This document shows positions 15,096 to 27,535 of a stretch of 64,000 nucleotides of DNA, piece after piece. The stretch is from the human T2T-CHM13v2.0 reference genome, Homo sapiens, in the NCBI RefSeq assembly GCF_009914755.1, contig NC_060929.1; one strand, written 5' to 3'. The translations under genes and the position numbers were made by a program. Every line of letters starts with the position of its first letter. Position 1 is the stretch's first letter. The notes beneath the pieces were generated by a model that was not told where the DNA came from, did not search any database, and saw only the letters and a list, made by a program, of their open reading frames with translations.

Positions 15096-16029
15096 TGCAA
15101 AATCAAATTCTAAGCTGACTAAAAGAGCCAGAGTGACTTGGTTGCAAATTATCTTCAAAAGATAATTCAGTACAATATTTTTTATTTTATCTTGTTTTTC
15201 ATGAGAAGGAACTACTAAAATCTAAGCAGTGAATGAAGTATATTCAGGCTGTATTTTATTGTTGGGGGTCAATTTTAGAAAGGAGAGAGATTATGGGGAG
15301 GGAAACAGAAAGGAAATGATGTCACTCAAGGCTAAATGGACACTTGTGGATTCAGTCAAAGCCTCTTCAGGAGGGGACTGAGTATATTTTTTACAGTCCT
15401 CAGGTGAATATAATATGTACACTAAATATCAGATTGAAGGGATTCTCTTTCTTTCTTAAGACAATTATATGCTAATTTTGTTTAGGAAGAACCATTCCTT
15501 CCTACCCTCAACTCTCTGCTGAGCTTACAACTGATTCTACTTTCAGGTTGCCAAGATGGAACCAGTGGCTCAAAATAAACCAAGCCACACACAGAGAATC
15601 CCTTGTGGTTGCTGTAGGGCTGGATGGAGAATGCTAGTCAGGCCAATCAGAGTCAAGGAAGGACTTGCATTTCAGCTACAGGAGAGCATCTTTCACTGGA
15701 CTACAGCGTTGATAGTAAACTCAGGATTGTACCACTTTAATGGAAGTGAAGTCTGATGTCAGCTACATTTGGTACCAGAAAGTTTTCAGGAGCCAGTGAA
15801 CACTATTTTGTGCAATCCAGTAAGGGCCAGATTTCCTATCACTTGCAACTTATCTGTAAATGTATCTATGTCAGCTCGCTGAACACCAAAGTTGAGGAAG
15901 GCCCATGATTGCATGAGGAGGAGGAACTAGAACAGGCCTGGGCCTGCAGACAGAACTCACCGGTTGATGGCAAGTAGGAGGAAAACAAGGCAGGACTTTA
16001 ATACAACCAGAGCAATGATTCTCAGACTG

Positions 16030-16161
16030 GCTGTGCATTATTATATTCACCTGCTGACTTTTCAAACCATACCTAGCCCTTCTCCCCAGAGATTCTAATT
16101 TAATTGATCTGGCCTGCAGCCCATATCTCCTGATTCATTGATTCAGGGTTGAGAACCACTG
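16030..16161. mobile_element. MER5 (hAT-Charlie) fragment
   Basis: 'ccccagagattctaatttaattgatctgg...cagggttgagaaccactg'. Confidence 0.7.
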
Positions 16162-16269
16162 ACCCAATCAATCAAGAGAACCAAATCAATTCTGAAAATT
16201 CCTCACTTCCTGCTGACCAATACGGAGTCTTCTAGTGCAGTGACGACAAGCCTGGGTCGTGGCCTTATG

Positions 16270-16812
16270 TGCACCTGAATTTTAATCTTGCACTGCTTCT
16301 TACCAGTAAGGTACTTTGCACAAGTCTCTCAAGCTCTTGAAAGGTGAAGTTGTTGCTGTGTAGTATACATAATGGACATTAAGCCCTCACACATTACTGG
16401 GAGGATTGAATGAAATAGTATACATAAAGCTCTTGCACCAGGCATGGTGGCTTATGCCTGTAATCCCAGCACTTTGGGAGGCCGAGGCAGGTAGACTACT
16501 TGAGTCTAGGAGTTCAAGACCAGCCTGGGCAAAATGACAAAACCCATCTATTTAAAAAAAAAAATATGAAAATAATCCGGGTGTGGTGGCATGCACCTGT
16601 AGTTCCAGCTACTCAGGAGGCTAAGATGGGAGGACTGCTTAAGCCTGGGAGGTGGCGGTTGCAATGAGTTGAGATCGCAACACTACACTCCAGCCTGGGT
16701 GATAGACCTAGACCCTGTCCCCCTGACAAAAAAAAAAAAAAGAAGAAAGAAAAAGAAAAAAAAAGCTTTTGAAACAGAGATTGACATAAGTGAGCACTCA
16801 AATGTCAGCTGT
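16270..16812 (+). mobile_element. MIR split by AluJ
   Basis: MIR-like sequence before the Alu ('gggaggattgaatgaaatagtatacataaagc') resumes after it ('gagcactcaaatgtcagct'). Confidence 0.6.
16436..16761 (+). mobile_element. AluJ
   Basis: J-type 'acttgagtctaggagttcaagaccagcctgggc' and 'gggaggactgcttaagcc'. A-rich tail. TSD aaagctYttg. Confidence 0.92.
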
Positions 16813-17153
16813 ATGTGGTAAGTAAGTAATAGTACAAATGGTGACATTTCTGTCAGAGAATTCGGTGCTATGTAAATAGTGAATATGTGACTTTGGACAA
16901 ATAAATTTCCCTTCTGATTATCAGTTATTTAAGCTATTCAATAGTATAATAAAATATGCATTAAAAATATAAATGTGCATCTTTAGTTGGTTCTGTGTAT
17001 CATATATGTGAAAGTTCCTAGTACACAATAGTCACTTAAATCTTTGCTATCTTATATTTTTATTTAATTTCCTTAAATCACAACTTTTCCCACTATGGAA
17101 AAAAAATGTTAAACTTATTTGTGGGAAGTTTTACATAAGCATGTGAAAGGCAT

Positions 17154-17220
17154 TGTATTAGTGTTCTCCAGAGAAAGAAAACCAATAGGATAGAGATAGG
17201 TGATGATTAATTGATAGATG

Positions 17221-17275
<55 letters not shown>

Positions 17276-17674
17276 TATTATGAGGGATTGGCTTACATGA
17301 TTATGGAGACTGAGAAGTCCCATTATCTGCCTTCTGTAAGCTAGAAGAGCAGGGTAGCCTGAAGTACATATCCAGTCCAAACCCAAAGGCCTGAGAGCCA
17401 GGAGTGCCAATATTTGAGGACAGAAGAAGATGGATGTGTCAGTCAAGCATAGGGAAAATTCGCCCTTCTTCCTCCTTTTTGTTTTCTTCGGTCCCTTAGT
17501 GAATTGGATGACACCCATCTGCATTGGTGAGGGCATCTTCTTTACTCAATCTATTGATTCAAATGCTAATCTCTTCCAGCAACGCCCTCACAGACACATC
17601 CAGAAATAATGTTTTACCAGCTATTTGGGCATTTTTTAGTTCAGTCAAATCATCATGTAAAACTAGCAATCACA
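17154..17674 (-). mobile_element. MLT2B-like solo LTR
   Basis: 'tgtattagtgttctccagagaaa...ggattggcttacatgattatggagactgagaagtccc...aaactagcaatcaca'. Confidence 0.9.
17224..17275 (+). repeat. (AGAT)13 tetranucleotide STR
   Basis: Thirteen perfect AGAT units inside the MLT2 LTR. Confidence 0.97.
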
Positions 17675-19999
17675 TTCATGCTGGAAAATTGATTCCCCTT
17701 GGTGAAGTGCATATTGATTCTTCTAAAATAACACTAATCACAAATAGCCAGTGGCAGAAAGCTACAAAACAACAGCATTATCAAAGAAAGGTAGTACACA
17801 AGAAGTTAAACTTATCTTCCAAAATAGCATGGTCGGGATGGATTCAAAAGTATGTAAAAGCATTTCTTGCAGACGAATAAGAACAAACATAGGGTGATTT
17901 CTCTAGCAAATTTTGGTAATCCGTCCAATTGACAGAGCAAACGTTGAGCTGCTTCAAACATAATCAGTCCACATGCCAGCACCACAGTGCCGGGTTCAGG
18001 GGTTGGATGAAATAATTGGTTGTTTTATGAGCAATAAAATACATACATACAAACATATACACACACAGACACAAAAGAATAAAGTAAAATAATGAAGGTC
18101 AACTCTAAATAGAAATATTAGTTGATGACATTTCCCCATAAGCTCCTACTCTTAAGATTGAAACATTGAGCTACTGCAGTTTTGTGTACTTCCAGGGTAT
18201 TTTTTAAGAGTTCACCTAAACTAGGAGCAGAACTGCCACTGACTACTGCCTTGTTAGAGCACCGGATAACCTACATAATTAGCAAAGGACTATGAGAGTA
18301 AATCCTGGCTTAGGAAGTGAAAGTGGAAGTTAGAAAATGGAATTTAAAAAACGAATAGGCAAATAATTATTCATCAAGTAGTCTTTGATTTTCTGGTGTG
18401 AAATAAGACCAGACATTGAGCAACACAGACATAATTGTGACAGGTGAGTTTTGTGAAATGTAGGTAGAAGGTAAGTTTATTCTCTGGGAGTGAGGTGTCA
18501 GCTCCTGGATGAGGCTTATGTGACTTCTCCAATTGCATTCACAGGAATTCTGGATGTGTCAGCCAGGTCTGTGTACTGTTTGCACTCAGCCTCAAGTCTC
18601 AGTTTTGAAATACGTAAAAATCACCAAATTTTACAGTCTCATGTGAGATTATGAACATTTTTCTTTCTTGGTTTTAATTATTAGAAATTGTTAATTGACC
18701 TGTATAAGTGATATCCGTTGCATTTCTTAAGTAGCTGAGCTCTGATGTGAACTCATTTCATTGTTAATGAAGAAAGGAGTGTTTGCTTCAGTAACTTGAG
18801 TGTGACAGAAATGTCAACGAAGAAAAACATAACAATTTTATCCCTGAAACAAAGAATAATTTTTCTGCTGCATATTTTTTTTCATTGCAGCACCATATGA
18901 TGTACAACCATATGATCTAAAAATCTGGTTTAGTTCACTCCTCTGAAAATCTCAGAGATTAGAAATATTCTTATTCTTTCTTAATTACCTTGCTCATTTC
19001 CAAATTAAATCTCTGTTTTTTTAACAATCAATTTGCATTCAAATTCCGAATTTCTTCATGGCAGTAGGCCAGGAACTAAAGAAAATATTGTTGGTTAAAA
19101 GGACTACAAGTGAAGCTAGGGGAGCCTGATTTATTTTTGTCCATTCTCTCTCATTTGCATTGCAGGAGAGATTTTTCTCAATTTCTTTTCAGTCATTGGT
19201 TTATCTTTCTGTCTTCCTATAAACTTTAGGTAAGATAGCTGAAGGTCTTAGGATGCTGCATTTTCTACATCAGCAAAACTCAGAGTCTGTGCTATGAAAG
19301 GGGTGTAAATTTGATTATCCCAGTGTTATATAACTCTGCAGATTCTCTAAGGTGTAATGATATTTAGACGTGACAGTAAAAGCATTACAATTCCACCAAG
19401 TGTTATACAGAGAAACCACGCACGGCAAAGGCTGAACTTTCTCAAACAGCTAGTAGGAATATAATGAACTATGTTTTTCTCTACAACATTTTTATCAAAC
19501 AAAAATAGCTGTTGAAATTTTGGTCACAAACTTGAGATGCTGTTATAATATACCCATTAAGCTGACAAATAAATCCTTTACACTATTTACAAATTTTCAG
19601 TACTTTCATAGGGTATACATTAAGCAGGAATGAAAAAACTCATGTGGACTAGTATGCAGTGGATATTTTTAGTTCTTATTTGAATGAAAAAATATATTGA
19701 CACATTTAGAAACTTTGGAAATTCCTTGAATTATTTTTCTTTTAAAGTGTTCATAAAGTTTAGTTTCATCATGACAGTAGTATTAGTATTAGTAGTAGTA
19801 GTAACAGTAGTTAGATGGTGTTTATAAAAATGAGCATTTCTCCTAGTATCCTTATAAAATAGGTTGTGGCGCCAAATCTATTTTTCTACAGGAAAGACAA
19901 AAATGTGTCAGAATGAAAATTTAAAGATGAAGATAGCATTTTATGAAGTTCTGACTTTATAAAATTTCCCCAGAATCCTGAAATTAATGATGGTCAAAC

Positions 20000-21730
20000 A
20001 TATCAGGATGACTTGTACTAGCAGATGTCAAGGCCTTAAAGTATAGTTATTAAGGTAGTATGGTGTTAATGCAAAGAGACATAACCAAAACATTGGAACG
20101 GATTAAGAGAGTCCATAAACAGATTCACAAATATAAGCATATAACTTACAACAAAATTTTCACTGCAGAGCAATGAAGAAACAGCAGTATTTTTAATAAA
20201 TGGTATGATCGAGTTAGATATATATATAAGAAGAAAATGATTCTTAATTTCTATCATATTCCATAAACAAAAATCACTTTCAAATAATGGATCTGAATGT
20301 AAAAGGGCAATAAGAAATAAAGAATCAAGAAAAGTAATATAGAATGTTTTAATTACTTTGAATAGACAAAGATTTCTTGAAAAGCATTCGAATAGCCTTA
20401 GCCATAAGAAAAGAGATAAAGAACTTGAACTACATTAAAATTAAGAGCTTCTTTTAATCAAAATACACCATTAAGAGAATTGAAAAGCAAGTCACAAAGC
20501 AGGGGGAAAAATATGCAAATGTATAAATGACAAAGAACTAACATAAATGTTTAAAATATTCTACAAATTAATAGAAAAATACAAACAATTAAATTTAAAA
20601 CTAGTAAGTATGCACTTCACAGAAGAGGATAATTAAGAAAGAGTGCTCATTCTCATTAAGTATTGGAGAAACATGAGTTAAAACTACAGTGTATTCTTAA
20701 TCTGTGTTCTGCTGCTATATGGAGTACCACAGATGAGGTAATTTATAAAGAACAGAAGTTTATTTGGATCATGTTTCTGGAGGCTAGAAAGTCCAAGAGC
20801 ATGGTGCTGACATGTGGCAAGGGTAGTCCCATGGCAGAAGGCATCACATAGTGAGGAAGTAACACTTGAGAGACAGAAAATGGGGGCCAAACTCATCCTT
20901 TTATCCAGAACCCACTCCTGTGATAACTCACTCACTCCTGAGTTAACTGCATTAATCCATTCATAAGCTAATCACCTCTTAAAGGCTCTGCCTCCCAATG
21001 TTGTTATACTGGCAATTAAATTGCAACATGGGTTTTAGAAAGGATATTCATACTATAACAAATGGAATACTATTGTTCAACACCAGAAAGCTAAGTTTAA
21101 AGGACTGACAATAGACCTTGTTGGTACGAATGTGGAACAACTGGAAGTCATATATATTTCTCTTGGAAGTATAAATTGGCTCAACCGTTTTGGAGAACTA
21201 CTAGCAGTTTCTACTAAAACTGAACATATGCACAAACTATAACATACCAATTTCACTTTTAGATATATTCTAAAAGTGAATAGAATACCTTTGTGTGTGC
21301 ACTAAAATACATGTTTAAGAATGTTCATAGCATCATTATTGATAATAGCTAAAGATGGAAACAGCCCAAATGCTCATCAACAGTAAAATGGATAAATAAA
21401 TTAAAATGCTCATACAGGGAAATTTATAGAGCAATTGAAAGAATAAACAAGTACTAAACACTATAGCATGGATGAATTTAACAAACATAATGTTCAAAAG
21501 ATGCCAGACATATACTGTTTGTTTCTTTTTACATGAAGTTCAAAATGAGGTATCTAAAAAATTTGAAACCAGATAGTTGGTTACCTCTGAGAAAAGGACT
21601 CATGAGTGCTGGTAATATATTATTTATTGGCCTGTGTGGTGGATATATGGGTTCACTTAGTGAAAACTTATCAATCTGTATACTTTTGATTTCTACATTT
21701 TGCTGTAAATTAACTTCTATAAAAAGTTTA
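20000..21730 (+). mobile_element. Old L1 (L1ME-type) ORF2 3' part and 3'UTR, split by an MST LTR
   Basis: ORF2-like 'gtagtatggtgttaatgcaaagagaca' and 'gaactacattaaaattaagagcttct'. The 3'UTR reads 'gtgctggtaatatattatttattggcctgtgtggtgga...tgaaaacttatcaatctgtatac'. Confidence 0.85.
20692..21060 (-). mobile_element. MST (MSTC/D-like) MaLR solo LTR
   Basis: 'ggtaatttataaagaacagaagtttatttgg...aagtccaagagcatggtgc...gcattaatccattcat...ggcaattaaattgcaacatg'. Confidence 0.85.
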
Positions 21731-21923
21731 TTAAACAGAAATATGCATATGTATTTCAAAACTGAAATATAAGATAAATTATGCCTGGCATACTTCAACC
21801 TCCCTTCAAGGAAAGTGGGAAATTATAAAGTAGCAAAAAAAAATGCTGTGAAAATAAAATATTAACAGAATTAGCAATATTTGGGATTTTTCCACTGAGA
21901 ACTGCTTCCTACAGTTACCACAG

Positions 21924-22017
21924 TAATGTGACACAAATCAGCTTATAGATTTTGTTAACCCTTATTGACCTAATGTGACACAAATCAGCTTATAGATTTT
22001 GTTAACCCTTACTGACT
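21924..22017 (+). repeat. Tandem duplication, 47-bp unit with 41 bp identical
   Basis: taatgtgacacaaatcagcttatagattttgttaaccctta occurs at 21924-21964 and 21971-22011. Confidence 0.97.
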
Positions 22018-22656
22018 TCATGAAGCATGTTGGCATTGTTGGGGTATGAATATAATATTTCAATATATTACTCAGGAGTAAGTTTTCACATAAATTTGTA
22101 TAATCTAAACTTCTTTCAACGTTACAGTATAATTCAAAATTACTTGTATTTAAACCTTCCCCAACTCTCACCATTATCCCAACCCACATTCATAATAAAT
22201 ATTGAGCAACCTTATCAAGAGACAGTGTTTGTTCTTCAGGATTTCTTTCAACCATATCCTTGGGTCTTGATATACTCTCCTATGCCTCCATAGTAAACCA
22301 CTGCTTGAAATCTTCCCAAGATGAAGGTGCGCCAATATCTCAAAAATTAAAGGAGGTTTTAGCAATATTTAATAAAGTCACAGTAATGAATCAAAGAAGA
22401 AATCACTTGATAATCTGACTTAGAGAATATCAGAAGGTGACAAATTCTAACTTATTATAACTATAAAGTGTTATAAAACAAGGATGGCAAATACATGATA
22501 TTTATGATATAATTGCCTTCCTCAATACATCAACACATCTCAACATAGTACATATCACTTATCTATAAGGACTCTTTTTTCCTGCAAAAGCCTAAATATC
22601 ATCTCAAAGTTCTTAATACTATGATCTAGAAGGCATTTAGCAATTGTTGACATGGG

Positions 22657-22696
22657 AATTTTCTTATAGATTGTTTTCATAATCTATAAGAAAATT
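22657..22696. repeat. Perfect 16-bp inverted repeat with 8-nt spacer
   Basis: aattttcttatagatt (22657-22672), spacer gttttcat, then aatctataagaaaatt (22681-22696). Confidence 0.95.
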
Positions 22697-23552
22697 TGAG
22701 ACTTACCAAATACAGTAGCCATTTTTACAAATATAGACCATTATAAGAGAGAATTGACAATATCATAAAACATCATTTTTCAGCAAATCCAAAGCAGAGA
22801 CTAACACAGACCAAACAGCTTATATCTCTTTTATTTGAGAATCTCCCTGTTAAAATATATCCAAAAATGTCTTCCTGTTTCTACTTTTCACATTGCTGCT
22901 GCTTGAACATTTTGTTTGCTTGGGGTTTCAATATCGATAAACTAGTACAACTGACTTTAATTAATTAGATCAATAATATCTTTATGCAACTACATTTTTC
23001 TGGCCTGCCTAGTGTTAAATACATGTTTGTTTCACTGTCATTTTTTGCTATTTTACTACCTTAAATCAGGCTTTCCAAATTGAAAAACTTTCAAGAGATT
23101 ACATCACAAATAATGAAGGCTGTATATATGCCCCAGAATATAAGCTATTCTTTCACTATGTTCATAGTGACATACTATGTTTACAGCATCTGACAGAGTC
23201 AGAATCCAATCTATATTTCCGAATGAAGAAATAGTGAAAGAGAAATCTTCAAAAATACACCAGGTTATGATAGTTTTCATCAGTCTTTGCAAAATGAGTA
23301 CAAGATATACCACCTCACAACATTCTGACGTAAAAATTAGCTGTGTATCCTTAGGTTCATCCACTCTTAATGACATGGAGAAATATTTAAGATGTATGGG
23401 TGCTTACAGGAAACCCTTGCTTTAGGAAAAAGGAACAGATAAAGAGTGCTCTAATTTTTTGTGCTGAATGATGAGTGGAATTCTATAAATTTTTGAAAAT
23501 TTTTATGACATCTTTTCTAGAAATAAGAAAAGCAGCTCAGTTTAACAGACTA

Positions 23553-23615
23553 ATATATATATACACACACATTCATATATATATACACACATATGTATGT
23601 ACATATATATATATA
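23553..23615 (+). repeat. Mixed (TA)/(CA) microsatellite at the Alu tail
   Basis: Directly visible. Confidence 0.85.
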
Positions 23616-23616
23616 C

Positions 23617-23922
23617 TTTTATACTTTCTTTTGAGACAAGGTTTCACTCTGTTGCCCAGGCTGGAATACAGTGGCATAATCATGACTCACTGCAGTCTCA
23701 AACTCCTCGTCTCAAGCAATTTTCCCAACTCACCCTCCCAAAGCAACTGGGACTAGAGTTGTGCACCATCACACCCAGTTACTTTTTAATTTTATTTTTC
23801 TTTTGTAGAAATGGGTCTTGCTATGTTGACCACGCTGGTTTCGAACTCCTGGCATCAAGTGATCCTCTTGCCTTAGCCTCCCAAAGTGCTGAGATTACAG
23901 GCATGAGCCACCACACCTGGCC
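23617..23922 (-). mobile_element. AluJ
   Basis: 'gagacaaggtttcactctgttgcccagg...atcatgactcactgcagtctcaaactcct...tcttgctatgttg' are J-type features. Confidence 0.92.
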
Positions 23923-24624
23923 CGATAAATATTTTTGAATGATCCTTTCTGTATCAAAATAATATTTCTAGTTAAAATAGAATGGGGTATCTTTTTACAT
24001 AAATGTAGGCTCAAAATCTATGTAGACTTTATATACATTCTCAGAAGAGTTCTATGGTCATACCCCAAACGTCTTAGGTTAAATACTCTTAATACTGTGG
24101 CTCATTGAGGGGACAATACAGCAAATGCTAAAACCATAAATAAATTTTCTTTCTTAAAAAAGCATCTGGAGCTGGTATTGTCGACAGAGTCGTACTCAAG
24201 CAGGATGACGTTACTGGGTTCTAGAAACAATAGCCCTGCCCCGAAACTCATAGGCCTCTAAGCTAGGTGCACTTCTCTCCTTTTCTGTTTATATTGACTT
24301 CCAGAAGTGTCCAGTGGTATGACCCACTGATGCTTGCTTTACACTAAAGTGTAAAATACACCTGCCAACGTTCTACAGTTAGGTTCAGAGAAGCTGTTTG
24401 GTGCATATCCTCTCTGTGGGGATTTTAAAAGAGTCACATTCCCTCAAACACTTTACAATGCCTTAGAGCAGGTTTGACAAGGTGCCCAGTCAGGAGGCCA
24501 AACAGGGCTTGAGAGGCAAAACGGACTGCTATGACCTGTGTCCATGGCTGAGGAAAGCTTAAGATGAATAGTGGGACTTCAAATGGACTGTTATGGAGTA
24601 TGCTTTACTATTTATTCCTCACTA

Positions 24625-25045
24625 AATTCCTTACGTGGGTTAGTTATGCAACATAAAATAACCACAGAATCTTTGTGGTTTCCAACAAATATTTCTTTCT
24701 CATTCATGGCTTGTGTTCACTGTGGGTCAGCTTTATCCCAGCTCCAGGTTCAGATAGCATTCTCCCTGGCATGGAGGCTGATGGAGCGGCCTCTCTATGG
24801 GGCTTCTGCGAAGCATTGTCTGTCTTGGTAGCAAAGAGAAAAAGAGAACACTGTGAATCATGCATTGGCTCTAAGCACCTCTGCTAGGAAGTGACTCATT
24901 ATTTCCACTCACATTTCATTAGCTAACGCTAGTCACATGGCAGTGCCTAAGTGGAGCACTGCAGAGATACATAAGCCTCCTCTGCAGAAGGAGGTCCACA
25001 GAGAGAAGTACTGAATATCATAAAAAGTATTCCAATCTTCTGTAT
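24625..25045 (-). mobile_element. MLT1 (I/J-like) MaLR LTR
   Basis: 'aacaaatatttctttctcattcatg...ggctgatggagc...ctaggaagtgactc...ttccactcacatttcattagc...ctagtcacatggc'. Confidence 0.75.
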
Positions 25046-25144
25046 TAAGTCAAAGTAATTTCTACTCTCAGTTCGCGCTAGGTAGAAGGAAGCCAGAAGT
25101 CGTTTTAATCAATTCTACTACATAAATAAGGTAATAAAAGAGGA

Positions 25145-25330
25145 GTCATATTTATTGGAAACCTCAGGCTAAGTGCTTTACATAATTATTGCATATAATC
25201 ATCACAATGCAGGGTGGTGTGACATCAGCATTCTGATTTCACAGAGGAAAATAAATGTGCTAAAGAGTAATAAAGTTATGATAAAGGCCATAGCAGACTG
25301 CAGGTAAATTCGATCCTTCAAATCAAGTAT
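25145..25330 (-). mobile_element. MIR
   Basis: 'catatttattgg...ctaagtgctttacata...tttcacagaggaaaataaatg'. Confidence 0.6.
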
Positions 25331-26098
25331 ACAGAGGGACATTCTCATTGCCAAAAAATTTTTATTATAGAACTCAACTCTATGTTACAGGCACAGCATG
25401 AACATAGTCCTCTTTACAGTTGATGGCCTTGGAGGCACACCTGGTACAATTATGCTTTAAAAGACAATCAAAACATGAATACAATACCTGAGCACTTCAA
25501 TAAACAATTTAGGGACCTTATGAAACTTATGAATAAGAGAATAAAATAGAAAAAAATTAAAAAAATCATTTAAGTTACTACAACCTTAATGATCGATGTA
25601 ATTAGAAAATAAAGGTAGATGGAACCTCAATTGAAAACTAATATAATTTTATAATATTTTTACTAGCTCAACAAAAGGGAAAGGAGTGACATATATGCCC
25701 CCAAGTTTGATTTTGATCAGAATCTAAAAACAACAATATATTTTTATAATCATGTGCAGGCAAATCCAAAAAACTGATTTGGTAATTAACAATTAAGCAT
25801 ACTTTTATGCCTCCTTTAAGTCTCTACTTTTACAACAGAATAAATAGATGTATTTTTAAAAAGAAAACACAGGAATTCCCTCTCAGTAATGCTAATCAGA
25901 AACAAATAAATATTTTAACTTCCATTCTCTGTATTTTCTCCCATCTTCATCTTTTTTTTGTGTACTATAATTCAATCCATTCTCCTAGACCTCACTCATC
26001 CCCCAAAGCCACATTTCTGGAACACATTTCATTTCTTACATTTGTTGACTATCACATCTGCAACATGATTAACTATAGTCTGAGTCTTCTATCTTCTA

Positions 26099-26285
26099 CA
26101 GTGGTTCTTAAACCTTAGTTTCACAAGTATTACCTAATGTACTTGTGAAAAGAAAAAAATAAAATGTTGTCCTGTTTTCTTCTCCATCCTGATTCAGTGT
26201 ATTCAATATAGACAGAGGCCCAGGAATCAGCAGTTTAAGTCAAGCCCTAAGGAAAATGTGATGACCTTCCTGAATCACTACTATT
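26099..26285. mobile_element. MER5-type MITE
   Basis: 'cagtggttcttaaacctt...tgattcagtg...ggcccaggaatcagcagtttaa'. Confidence 0.65.
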
Positions 26286-26859
26286 TAGATATTGCCCCTC
26301 CATGTAATGCCACGTTTTTATAGATCTTTCCAAAGATGTTCTGTATCAATGCTATTGTCTCAGGCTAGAATTTATTTTCACTCTAAACTGGGGAGTGAAT
26401 CACTGAGCTGTCTTCTAAATTATGTATTTTTGGCTTATTATGACCCTTGAAGCTGTGAGAATGTGCATATTCAAGGTGAATTTTCAGACTCAAAAATGAA
26501 TAAAAAACAGTTTCTGCTTGTTGATTGCTGATTATGAAAAACCTGAGCTGATGGAAAAGCAGTAAAAACACATGGAAACTCAGGACAACATCAAACAAGC
26601 TTAGATTGCAATAAAAAATTCTAGTTTGTTTGATGTACAATATGAAAATTTGGCATAATTTTTAAAAACCATTATAGTGATTCTGACATGCACAGTTTCA
26701 GAATAATAAATACACAATTTGGACTTTGCTGTTAAGATCTCGGTAAGAGAACAAAGAATTTTCCCAACTACATCTCTCTATATTGACCTTTATGCATTCA
26801 CCCTCAAGCCAAGCCAAGACTGTCCCATAAGCCTGCCCCCGCCTGCCCCAGCTAGCTCC

Positions 26860-27190
26860 ATATACCTTCTTCCTTTCTCACTTCCTGACTGTCCCCTAAC
26901 CTCAGCATGTTCAAATTGTAAGACCCAGCTCCAATGCTACCTCCTCCATTGTATTTTCTGTATTACTCCAGCCAGATATAACCAAATCTTTCCAACTTCC
27001 TCTGGTACTTTCTGTCTGCTCTTGTATGATTAACCAGTTTTTAACCTTAAACTATGATTATTTTAATTCACAGATATATTTTTGATGATGAAGCCAGAAA
27101 CAAAGACTTATTATCACTGTGTTTCCTAGAGTACTTAGTACAGACACACATTAAATGTGTAGTAAAAAAATAAATCAGTGAAGAAAGAAA
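26860..27190 (+). mobile_element. L2 3' fragment
   Basis: 'aagacccagctccaatgctacctcctcc...cactgtgtttcctagagtacttagtacag'. Confidence 0.6.
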
Positions 27191-27314
27191 GGGTACTACA
27201 CTTCAATAACTGATATTTTATCTGGGTATAATTGTGTATAAGGGGAGAGACAGAAAAATGATTTCAAAGAAAATATTTTAACAAAAACAAATAAATATTT
27301 GAGTTGTTTAAAAT

Positions 27315-27535
27315 CAGATTATCTCACACTAAACACTGTTGATATTTTTGGCCAAATAATTCTTTATTGTGGGGGCCTATACTGTATATAGTAAATTGTT
27401 TAGAATTATCTCTGGCCTCTACTCACTAGATGCCACTTTCACCCCTTCTGTCCGTGGTGACAACCAAAAAATATATCCAGAAAGTGACAACTCCTGACGA
27501 GAATGGGAAAGATGACAGAAAACTTGAGATGAGCA
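27315..27535. mobile_element. MER20 (hAT-Charlie)
   Basis: 'cactgttgatatttttggccaaataattctttattgtggggg...tggcctctactcactagatgcca...gtgacaaccaaaaa'. Confidence 0.85.

Noticed and set aside
21924-22017. CRISPR-like repeat-spacer array (also considered for 58563-58636 and 31062-31106)
   Set aside because: Only 2-3 units, no unique spacers of constant length, primate context and no cas genes.
23067-24095. Possible hAT-Charlie relic flanking the AluJ (and another near 22470-22650)
   Set aside because: Only vague terminal similarity. I cannot support a family assignment without an HMM search.
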